Below, in pieces: positions 56,663-64,000 of a stretch of DNA of 64,000 nt. Made by a program: the position numbers and the translations under genes. Location: assembly GCA_964355645.1 (NCBI GenBank), contig CAYHDI010000002.1, positions 11,452 through 75,451 on the forward strand, in the 5' to 3' direction. The DNA is from an uncultured Candidatus Saccharibacteria bacterium. GTDB lineage: Bacteria > Patescibacteriota > Minisyncoccia > Phycocordibacterales > Zambryskibacteraceae. Position 1 is the first letter of the stretch. Each line of letters starts with the position of its first letter. The notes beneath the pieces were generated by a model. It was not told the DNA's origin, did no database searches, and saw only the letters and a list, made by a program, of their open reading frames with translations.

Positions 56663-57385
56663 ATGAATCTAATTTTCCTAGATACCGAGACGACGGGGAA
56701 TGATGTGGTCAAAGACCGCTTGGTGCAGGTTTGCTACAAACTAAGGGATGAAAAACCTAAGGTCGAATATTTCAAAGCCCCCTTGCCGATGAGTGTGAAG
56801 GCTATGAGCATTACGCACATCACGGACAAAATGCTTGCAGAAAAAGATTCGTTTGAGACGAGCCAAATGCGCAAGGATTTGGAATTTCTCCTCGCTGGAG
56901 GAGTGCTCGTGGCTCATAATGCGAAATTCGATGTGGCCATGCTCGAGGCCGAAGGAGTGAAAGTTTCTCGTTTCATTTGTACTCTTCGGGTGGCAAGATT
57001 CCTTGATGCGAAAAATTTAATTCCTGAATATAATTTGCAATTCCTTCGCTATTATATGGGTTTGGAAATTGAAGGTAATCCGCATGATGCAGAAGGGGAT
57101 GTGAATGTCCTCGTAGCTGTGTTCGAACGTTTGTATAAAAAAATATTGGAGGTAGAGAATCCGCCAGCTGGCGGAGAAGAGGTTGTCATAAACAAAATGA
57201 TTGAGATTTCGAGCAAGCCATCCCTCTTTACCTTTTTTAATTTTGGGAAATATAAAGACAAGAAGATTGAAGAAGTAGTGAAAACTGACCGAGGTTATCT
57301 CGAATGGCTTTTGAATCAGAAAACTATTGATGGGGGAATGGATGAGGATTGGATTTATACTTTGAAATATTATTTGGGTAAATAA
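56663..57385 (+). CDS. DEDDh 3'-5' exonuclease (ExoX/DnaQ-like)
   Basis: FLDTETTG, VAHNAKFD, HDAEGDV, FNFGKYK..YLEWL. Confidence 0.9.
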   Translation: MNLIFLDTETTGNDVVKDRLVQVCYKLRDEKPKVEYFKAPLPMSVKAMSITHITDKMLAEKDSFETSQMRKDLEFLLAGGVLVAHNAKFDVAMLEAEGVKVSRFICTLRVARFLDAKNLIPEYNLQFLRYYMGLEIEGNPHDAEGDVNVLVAVFERLYKKILEVENPPAGGEEVVINKMIEISSKPSLFTFFNFGKYKDKKIEEVVKTDRGYLEWLLNQKTIDGGMDEDWIYTLKYYLGK

Positions 57386-57386
57386 T

Positions 57387-58481
57387 ATGTTTGGTCTAAC
57401 AACTATCAGAAATTGGTACGGGAAGTTTGAACGGCCGATTTCGTCCTTTTCACTCATAGGTGGATTCGTGTTTGATGCAATTTTCCTCAAACGAGTAGAT
57501 TTGTTCTGGGAAAATTTTTGGATTTTTGTTCACCTCGCCGTGGTAGCCATCTGTATTGTTTTAATTAATCTTCGAAAATATCGAACAGAAGAAGAAACTG
57601 ACCCGAGCAAACTTCACTTCTGGTATGTGAACATCTTACAATTCTTTTTTGGAGGATTGCTTTCAACCTTTCTCGTTTTTTATTTTCGCAGTGCCACCCT
57701 TTCGGCCAGTTGGCCTTTCTTTCTGATTTTAGGATTGGCCTTCGTGGCGAACGAACGACTGAAGAGGCATTTCAGCCGTTTGGAATTTCAAATTAGCCTT
57801 TTGTTTTTGTGTCTTTTTTCTTTTTTGATATTTTATGTGCCGGTTTTGGTGCATAGCATTAATCAATGGACATTTGTTTTGAGCGGATTTTTGAGTTTGG
57901 TCATTATTACAGTTTTTCTTCGTTTGCTGTCCAGATTTTCTAAGGAAAACTTATTTGGACACAAACACAAATTAATCATTTCTATCGCCGGTATTTTCCT
58001 CGTCATGAATGTTTTGTATTTCACTAATATTATTCCACCCTTACCACTTTCTTTAAAAGATTCGGGGATTTATCATGCTGTTCTTCATAATTCAAACGGG
58101 GATTATGTGATTCAAACTGAAAACGAAAGTTGGTGGCAGAAGTATTTTGCACTTTATCCAGATTTTCATTTGGTTTCCGGTGATGTGGTTTACGCCTTTA
58201 GTTCGGTTTTTTCACCCGAATCATTCAATACTTCCATCGTACATGAATGGCAGTATTTTAATCAGAAGACAAATGATTGGACGACGGAAGGCAAGGTTTC
58301 TCTTTCGGTTGCTGGTGGACGGGGCGGGGGATACAGAACTTATTCTGCGAGAGTCGATCTTAACTCAGGACACTGGAGAGTAAATGTTTTGACTTTGTCC
58401 GGTCTCGTTCTTGGACGTCTACGTTTCAATGTTGTTCCTGTTGTAGTCGAGCCAATTTTAAATACAAAAATTAGTCAATAA
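57387..58481 (+). CDS. Multi-TM protein with C-terminal DUF2914-like domain
   Basis: QFFFGGLLS, IPPLPLSL, GGRGGGYRTYS..GHWRVNV. Confidence 0.75.
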   Translation: MFGLTTIRNWYGKFERPISSFSLIGGFVFDAIFLKRVDLFWENFWIFVHLAVVAICIVLINLRKYRTEEETDPSKLHFWYVNILQFFFGGLLSTFLVFYFRSATLSASWPFFLILGLAFVANERLKRHFSRLEFQISLLFLCLFSFLIFYVPVLVHSINQWTFVLSGFLSLVIITVFLRLLSRFSKENLFGHKHKLIISIAGIFLVMNVLYFTNIIPPLPLSLKDSGIYHAVLHNSNGDYVIQTENESWWQKYFALYPDFHLVSGDVVYAFSSVFSPESFNTSIVHEWQYFNQKTNDWTTEGKVSLSVAGGRGGGYRTYSARVDLNSGHWRVNVLTLSGLVLGRLRFNVVPVVVEPILNTKISQ

Positions 58482-58533
58482 GAAAGAATGATACAATAAA
58501 TCTAGTTTATTAATTAATTTTGTTTTAATAAAA

Positions 58534-59052
58534 ATGTCTGAACACAATACTACTGATTCGTGGCTTTCACAAAAAGTTTTTAATAATCACAAACTTGCTT
58601 GGCTTTGGCTCATTGTCCGAGTTTATGTTGGGTGGCAATGGCTTACGTCCGGGTGGGAGAAAATAATAAATCCGCTCTGGATTGGACCGAACGCTGGTCC
58701 CGCTCTCTTCGGGTTCATCAAAGGCGCACTGGCGAAGGCTGCCGGGGCACACCCTGATGTTCAAAATTGGTACGCTTCATTTCTTCAAAACGCAGTCCTG
58801 CCTCATGTTCACGGGTGGTCGGCCATCGTTGCCTACGGGGAAACTCTTGTTGGACTAGGATTAATTTTGGGGCTTTTCACTGGTTTGGCCGCTTTCTCCG
58901 GAGCCTTTATGAATTGGAATTTCCTCATGGCCGGTACCGTGAGTGTGAATCCGATTCTTATGATTCTTTCAATCTGGATTATACTTGCTCGAAGGGTCGC
59001 AGGACGAATCGGATTAGATAGACTTCTTCATTCTAGATTCAGAAAGTTTTAG
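58534..59052 (+). CDS. DoxX/DoxD-family membrane protein
   Basis: RVYVGWQWLTSGWEK, GETLVGLGLILG, AGTVSVNP. Confidence 0.85.
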   Translation: MSEHNTTDSWLSQKVFNNHKLAWLWLIVRVYVGWQWLTSGWEKIINPLWIGPNAGPALFGFIKGALAKAAGAHPDVQNWYASFLQNAVLPHVHGWSAIVAYGETLVGLGLILGLFTGLAAFSGAFMNWNFLMAGTVSVNPILMILSIWIILARRVAGRIGLDRLLHSRFRKF

Positions 59053-59846
59053 GACTTCTTGAGAAAAATTCGAATTCCATCCCACCACCCATCTCCGAGG
59101 CTATCGCGTTTGTTCGGATTTGTTTTCACACAATCTTTTGTAGCACCTTGATACGTGCAGGTTTCCACTTCGTCTGGTAGCCCGTCTTGGTCGCTGTCTT
59201 TCACTCGTTCGGTCAGTCGAGCATCCACAGTCGAAGTGGCCATCGGTTGGCTCTTGTCTATGAATATGTAGGTCACTTCATCAGGGAAACTATACGAAAG
59301 TATTTTCGGTGTTCCATTTGAATCCCGAGTGAAATAAATTCTTTTCTGAACGAAGCTTCGAGCGTTGTCTGATTGGTCAGTAATGAAGTTGGTCGAAAGG
59401 ATGATTTGTTTCTGGTCGAACCAAACATTAACGAAATCTTTCTCAACGAATTGAAGACCGACTTTGTAGGCACCGGTCATCAGGTCATTGCATTCTTTGG
59501 TTTTGGCTGGATCGTTGCAAGTGTCAGAGTTTTGATATGAGTAACTTTTGAGTTTGAGGAAGTCATTGTCCTTTGCCGCCGAGAGGTATCCTTGCCACGC
59601 GGTCCAAGCAATTTTCTTGATATAACCTGCGGTTTCAGTCTTTGTGCTCACAGAGGTTGAAGTTCCGACGAGCGGAGTGCCCACCGCCGTTGGCGTGGTC
59701 CCGCTTGCAGCGGTGATTGATGCGTCTGAATTAATAATAGGACCAGTGTTTATAAGAAGAGGGGAGGGTTTCTTGAGTCTAATTCCAAGGAAAATTGCTC
59801 CAATAATGACAATCACTCCGACTAAAATCAAAATTTTGTTTTGCAT
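59049..59846 (-). CDS. Hypothetical membrane-anchored exported protein with DxDxDG motifs
   Basis: N-terminal TM; DSDQDGLPD and DSLGDGWWD. Confidence 0.7.
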   Translation of the reverse strand: MQNKILILVGVIVIIGAIFLGIRLKKPSPLLINTGPIINSDASITAASGTTPTAVGTPLVGTSTSVSTKTETAGYIKKIAWTAWQGYLSAAKDNDFLKLKSYSYQNSDTCNDPAKTKECNDLMTGAYKVGLQFVEKDFVNVWFDQKQIILSTNFITDQSDNARSFVQKRIYFTRDSNGTPKILSYSFPDEVTYIFIDKSQPMATSTVDARLTERVKDSDQDGLPDEVETCTYQGATKDCVKTNPNKRDSLGDGWWDGIRIFLKKS

Positions 59847-59923
59847 TAGAGCAGTATAACAAATGCTGAAAATCAAAATTCATTGACATTTCTAGTCTAA
59901 CTTGCTATAGTTAAGGTAAGTTT

Positions 59924-61081
59924 ATGTACCAAAAAAGAAAGTTTGCAGTCAGAAGAGCTCCACGAGGTAGATCATTTGCCCAGCATCTAGACATCAAGAA
60001 CTTTATCAACAAGGCGGTTATCGTCGAAGAGGTTGATCATTTCATTCCTGAACACGAATTCAGTGATTTTTTGATTGAAGAAAAGTTGAAGAAAAATATT
60101 GCAGACAAAGGCTACGTGGCTCCCACTTCGATTCAAGATAGAACCATTCCTCATATTTTGAAAGGACAGGATGTGGTGGGGATTGCGAACACAGGTACAG
60201 GCAAGACGGCGGCTTTTCTCATTCCGCTTATTAATAAAGTCATGCGTGACCCGAGCCAATCGGTGCTCATTGTTGTTCCTACGCGCGAATTAGCTTCTCA
60301 AATCAATGATGAATTGAAAGGCTTCGCGCCGGGCACCGGACTTTTCTCTGTAGTTTGTGTGGGGGGGACACCGATGGGACCACAGCTCAAAGAATTAAAA
60401 TACAAAAATCATTTTGTCATTGGTACCCCCGGACGATTGAAGGATTTAATCGAACGTCGAGCTCTCGACCTTTCAAAAACCAGAAGTCTGGTGCTTGATG
60501 AAGCAGACAGAATGCTTGATATGGGATTTATGCCCGACATGAAATTTATTTTGGGCCAGATGCCGAAGGAGAGACATACTTTGTTTTTCTCGGCGACCAT
60601 GTCGAAAGAAATTGAGAAACTGATTCAAGAATTTCTTCATGAGCCGGTTTCCATTTCGGTCAAGACGCAGGACACAGCGAAGAATGTAGATCAAGACATC
60701 GTGCGGATGCGAGCCGGTGAAGACAAACTCCTCGCCCTCGTAGATATTTTGAAGAAAGAAGGTTCGAACAAAGTTCTGATTTTCGGTAGAACTAAACACG
60801 GAGTAGAAAGATTGGCCTCAACTCTTTCGGCTAGGGGATTCAAGGCAGATTCAATTCATGGAGACAAAAGTCAGGGTCAGAGACAACGTTCTCTTGATTC
60901 TTTCAAACAGGACAAGCTTCAAATCTTGGTAGCCACAGACGTCGCCGCCCGTGGTCTCGACATTCCACTCGTCTCGCATGTCATCAACTACGACCTCCCC
61001 GCAACCTACGAAGACTACATTCACCGCATCGGCCGAACCGGCCGCGCCGGAGCCACGGGTAAAGCTTTGACCTTCGTGTAA
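59924..61081 (+). CDS. DEAD-box RNA helicase
   Basis: ANTGTGKT, PTRELA, DEAD, SAT, HRIGRTGR. Confidence 0.96.
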   Translation: MYQKRKFAVRRAPRGRSFAQHLDIKNFINKAVIVEEVDHFIPEHEFSDFLIEEKLKKNIADKGYVAPTSIQDRTIPHILKGQDVVGIANTGTGKTAAFLIPLINKVMRDPSQSVLIVVPTRELASQINDELKGFAPGTGLFSVVCVGGTPMGPQLKELKYKNHFVIGTPGRLKDLIERRALDLSKTRSLVLDEADRMLDMGFMPDMKFILGQMPKERHTLFFSATMSKEIEKLIQEFLHEPVSISVKTQDTAKNVDQDIVRMRAGEDKLLALVDILKKEGSNKVLIFGRTKHGVERLASTLSARGFKADSIHGDKSQGQRQRSLDSFKQDKLQILVATDVAARGLDIPLVSHVINYDLPATYEDYIHRIGRTGRAGATGKALTFV

Positions 61082-61082
61082 T

Positions 61083-61107
61083 TTAAGCAAGAACCGTTCT
61101 TGCTTAA
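61083..61107. repeat. Palindrome AGCAAGAACSGTTCTTGCT, copy 3, followed by a half copy
   Basis: ttaagcaagaac-c-gttcttgcttaa after the helicase stop, then acggttcttacttaa. Confidence 0.8.
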
Positions 61108-61239
61108 TACGGTTCTTACTTAATAGTAGATACTTTTGATACATACGTTAATATGTTGTGGTCGCGAGATTATAGCGTATGGGTATGAATATATATTTTT
61201 TTGTTATAATACAATCCTTAATCTTAATTCATTAAAATC

Positions 61240-61623
61240 ATGCCACTTTTATTTGTCATTGGACGCATTATTTTGGGAGGATATTTCTTGATTAGTGGGT
61301 ATGGCCATTTCAAGAATTTGAGTGGTAGTGCGGGATATGCTGCTTCGAAGGGTGTACCCATGCCCAAGCTGGCTGTCGGATTCTCCGGATTGCTTCTTCT
61401 AGTTGGTGGAGCGACTATTGTTCTTGGTACTTGGACGAACATTGGCATTTATGCCCTTGTTCTCTTCTTCATCCCGGTGACGTTTCAAATGCATGCGTAT
61501 TGGAAAGAAACTGACCCGATGGTCAAAATGAATCAGAAAATCAGCTTTATGAAAAACATGGCTCTTCTTGGAGCTTTGCTCATGCTTCTCTCTCTTCCGA
61601 CACCTTGGATTAATTCTTTCTAA
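61240..61623 (+). CDS. DoxX-family membrane protein
   Basis: GRIILGGYF, FMKNMALLG. Confidence 0.85.
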   Translation: MPLLFVIGRIILGGYFLISGYGHFKNLSGSAGYAASKGVPMPKLAVGFSGLLLLVGGATIVLGTWTNIGIYALVLFFIPVTFQMHAYWKETDPMVKMNQKISFMKNMALLGALLMLLSLPTPWINSF

Positions 61624-62324
61624 TTGGCACCCTGTTGGGCATGCATAGATTCGATTATTCTCGTCGGGGTTTTGTGCAGAATGTTTAGAACTTCTCGATG
61701 ATCATCGGTCACCGTGAAAAGTTTTATGTCTTCATCTAGAATCACTCCTCGGCTTAATAGAGTATTACCAATGAAGTTTTGCATAGCATTCCAATAGTCA
61801 CTACCTACACAGATGATTGGGACGTCCTTAATCTTCTTCGTTTGAACAAGAGTTAAGACTTCGAAGAATTCATCGAGGGTCCCGAATCCTCCGGGGAAAA
61901 AGATAAAGGCTTCAGACGAAAATGTGAGGCAGACTTTGCGTACGAAGAAATAATAAAAGTTTACTTGAGCGGTGAGATATTTGTTCACGACTTGTCCGTC
62001 AGGAAGTTTGATAGTTAATCCCAAGGATGATCCACCAGCTTCGCTTGCCCCTCGGTTGACCGCTTCCATGATTCCCGGTCCACCACCAGAAATAATCGCA
62101 TAGCCGAGTTCCTTGGCGATTAAGCCGGCCAGTGTTCGCGCACTTTGATAATAAGGATTATCTTCTTTAAAGGTGGTAGAGCCGAAGAAAGTCACAGACT
62201 GTGGATAGTCCTCAAGCAGTTTGAATCCATCCTTAAATTCCTTGGAAATTTCTGATATTCGTTCTCTCGCCACTTCCTGCATTTCCAAGCGTGTCAGGGT
62301 GGGAATGTTTTTGTCTATATCCAT
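61620..62324 (-). CDS. LOG/TIGR00730 Rossmann-fold protein
   Basis: SGGGPGIMEA, YFFVRK, FPGGFGTLDE. Confidence 0.9.
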   Translation of the reverse strand: MDIDKNIPTLTRLEMQEVARERISEISKEFKDGFKLLEDYPQSVTFFGSTTFKEDNPYYQSARTLAGLIAKELGYAIISGGGPGIMEAVNRGASEAGGSSLGLTIKLPDGQVVNKYLTAQVNFYYFFVRKVCLTFSSEAFIFFPGGFGTLDEFFEVLTLVQTKKIKDVPIICVGSDYWNAMQNFIGNTLLSRGVILDEDIKLFTVTDDHREVLNILHKTPTRIIESMHAQQGAN

Positions 62325-62375
62325 TTGATTATAATAACATGGTATATTATATGCATAGTAATTTTAAGTAATAAG

Positions 62376-62849
62376 ATGAAACTATCAAGAAATCAATCCA
62401 TCGGAGTTTTCGTGGCCATTGTGGTGACGGGGTTTATCCTCTTTGGAGGACAGTTTTTAAATTTATTCTCATCGAACGATAATTCGAATCAAGCCAATAT
62501 GCAACAAGGAACAACAGGAGTGAAGGTGGAGAACATTATAAATGGTCAAGGTACTATAGCTGAGAAAAGCGACCTTATCACTGTGAACTATATTGGCACT
62601 CTCACAGACGGCAAAGTTTTCGACAGCTCAATTGATCGCAAGCAACCTTTCACTTTTCAACTTGGTGTAAAGCAAGTAATTCAAGGTTGGGATGAAGGAT
62701 TAGTCGGAATGAGAGTTGGTGGAAAGCGTCGATTGACTATTGGTTCTGATTTCGCCTACGGGAATCAAGCTGTGGGTACCATTCCTCCGAATTCTACATT
62801 GGTGTTTGAAGTAGAACTTTTGAAGGTAGAAAAGCCAGCAACCAAGTAA
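62376..62849 (+). CDS. FKBP-type peptidyl-prolyl isomerase with TM anchor
   Basis: DGKVFDSS, VIQGWDEG, IPPNSTLVFEVEL. Confidence 0.93.
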   Translation: MKLSRNQSIGVFVAIVVTGFILFGGQFLNLFSSNDNSNQANMQQGTTGVKVENIINGQGTIAEKSDLITVNYIGTLTDGKVFDSSIDRKQPFTFQLGVKQVIQGWDEGLVGMRVGGKRRLTIGSDFAYGNQAVGTIPPNSTLVFEVELLKVEKPATK

Positions 62850-62859
62850 TTAAAACAAA

Positions 62860-63543
62860 ATGGAGATAGATACAAATAATCTCCACCATGCGTATCTTAT
62901 CCTCGGTCCCAAATCAGAAGGGGAAAATTTGGTCGTGTCTGTTTGTCATGAACTCGGATTAACCGAAGTAGGGAATCCGGATTTTCATGCGTACAGAGTT
63001 AATTCGTTCGACATAGAATCGGCTCGTGATGTTCGCGAACGTTCGCAAGAAAAGCCATTCGGCCTGAAGAAGATATTTTTGATTTCGGCCGAAAGGTTCA
63101 CGCACCAAGCTCAAAACGCTCTTCTGAAAACCCTCGAGGAACCTTCGATGAATGTGCATTTCTTCGTTCTACTTTCGGCCCCGGATTTGCTATTACCGAC
63201 ACTGCTTTCAAGGATGCAGGTAGTACGCTCAAATTCGCAGGAATCTTCTTTCAAGAAATCTTCGGATGTTTCCTCCGGAAAGCATGGCCAGATTTCTCTC
63301 AATAAGATTCCTGCTTCTCCAGAAGAGTTTCTTAGATTATCACTGAAAGACAGATTAAACTTCGCGAAGAAATTCGCAGACGATGAAAGATCACTCCCAA
63401 CATTTCTTGATTCTCTTATGTCCCTAATTCGCGAGAACGGTTCTAACGAAGCATTAAAAAAAATATTTACCGTCCGCCGTTTCGCCGATGACCCTTCGAA
63501 AAGTTCCCGCCTCATCCTCGAGCATTTAGCTTTGATTTTGTAA
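62860..63543 (+). CDS. holB: DNA polymerase III delta-prime-like protein
   Basis: HHAYLI, AQNALLKTLEEP, LLPTLLSR. Confidence 0.8.
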   Translation: MEIDTNNLHHAYLILGPKSEGENLVVSVCHELGLTEVGNPDFHAYRVNSFDIESARDVRERSQEKPFGLKKIFLISAERFTHQAQNALLKTLEEPSMNVHFFVLLSAPDLLLPTLLSRMQVVRSNSQESSFKKSSDVSSGKHGQISLNKIPASPEEFLRLSLKDRLNFAKKFADDERSLPTFLDSLMSLIRENGSNEALKKIFTVRRFADDPSKSSRLILEHLALIL

Positions 63544-63546
63544 ATA

Positions 63547-63580
63547 AAAAAACCATTTGCACTTTAGCAAATGGTTTTTG
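63547..63580. terminator. Bidirectional terminator
   Basis: aaaaaccatttgc-acttta-gcaaatggttttt. Confidence 0.8.
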
Positions 63581-63592
63581 TGAAGGGTTAAC

Positions 63593-63997
63593 TTAAGCTC
63601 TCCACAAATATGTTTGAAGAATTGGAGCGATTCTCTCTTTCAAACTCAGAGCTTTCAGAAAGAAAAAATCATAACGCTCCGGAACCTCAAGAGGTACCAA
63701 GATGCATTCTCCCATCAATGAATCTTTCTCCGAGAGAAGCTGACCTTCTTTGACCTCGCAAGCAATCTGGAAGAAAACATCCTGTTGAAGTTCTTCACTA
63801 GATTGGGTGAGGCCAGCTTCTTCTCGCGCCCACGCTGAATGACGCTCAATCTCGATTCGAAGAGCTCCTTCAGAAACAAAGTCATAAATGCGAGCAATTA
63901 CTTCAATATCAGGTTTAGAACGAGCCTCAAGGACATCATCCTCCCAATCGAGAAGTATGAGCCAGCCTTCTTCCACAAGCGGTTTAGCTAGGTTCAT
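63593..63997 (-). CDS. Hypothetical protein (may extend beyond the window)
   Basis: Acidic ORF ending at the terminator. Confidence 0.55.
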   Translation of the reverse strand: MNLAKPLVEEGWLILLDWEDDVLEARSKPDIEVIARIYDFVSEGALRIEIERHSAWAREEAGLTQSSEELQQDVFFQIACEVKEGQLLSEKDSLMGECILVPLEVPERYDFFFLKALSLKERIAPILQTYLWRA

Positions 63998-64000
63998 AAT

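Larger units (their letters stand above)
55543..56666. mobile_element. ~1.1 kb insertion bounded by 30-bp direct repeats containing a -10 box and ATG
   Basis: agtcgaataaaagatataatagagYcatga at 55543-55572 and 56637-56666 (29/30). Confidence 0.7.

Noticed and set aside
475-63997. Alternative genetic code (TGA reassigned)
   Set aside because: Long core genes translate fully in code 11 and several end in TGA (valS, pth, miaA).
1-64000. CRISPR array, cas genes, rRNA, integrase, transposase, reverse transcriptase
   Set aside because: No regularly spaced repeat-spacer array and no such protein motifs were seen.

Overview
AT-rich, gene-dense bacterial chromosome segment with the hallmarks of a Patescibacteria/CPR (Parcubacteria-like) genome: short or streamlined core genes (valS, tsaD, ftsZ/ftsA, rpsU, lepB, pth, rpsA, gyrA, rbfA, infB, clpB, rpmG, miaA, parB, topA, dprA, serS, dnaX), an xfp-ackA pair, a tandem array of six VirB2/TrbC-like pilins and 12 tRNA genes. 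The non-obvious content: (1) four unrelated putative nuclease genes with no protein antitoxin (PemK/MazF, DUF3800, a BECR/RelE-like ORFan, NYN), each faced at its 3' end by a convergent sigma70 promoter and a short structured RNA, a candidate family of RNA-antitoxin modules; (2) several families of short palindromes inserted in-frame into housekeeping proteins (NPPAGG in 7 genes, plus others); (3) small DUF559 and GIY-YIG nuclease genes bracketed by their own structured repeats, with gene-less copies of the DUF559 repeat elsewhere; (4) two ~1.1 kb integrase-less insertions bounded by 30-39 bp direct repeats; (5) self-contained promoter-leader-ORFan-terminator cassettes that contrast with apparently leaderless core genes. 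All calls come from reading the sequence and recognising motifs by eye; no searches or folding programs were run.
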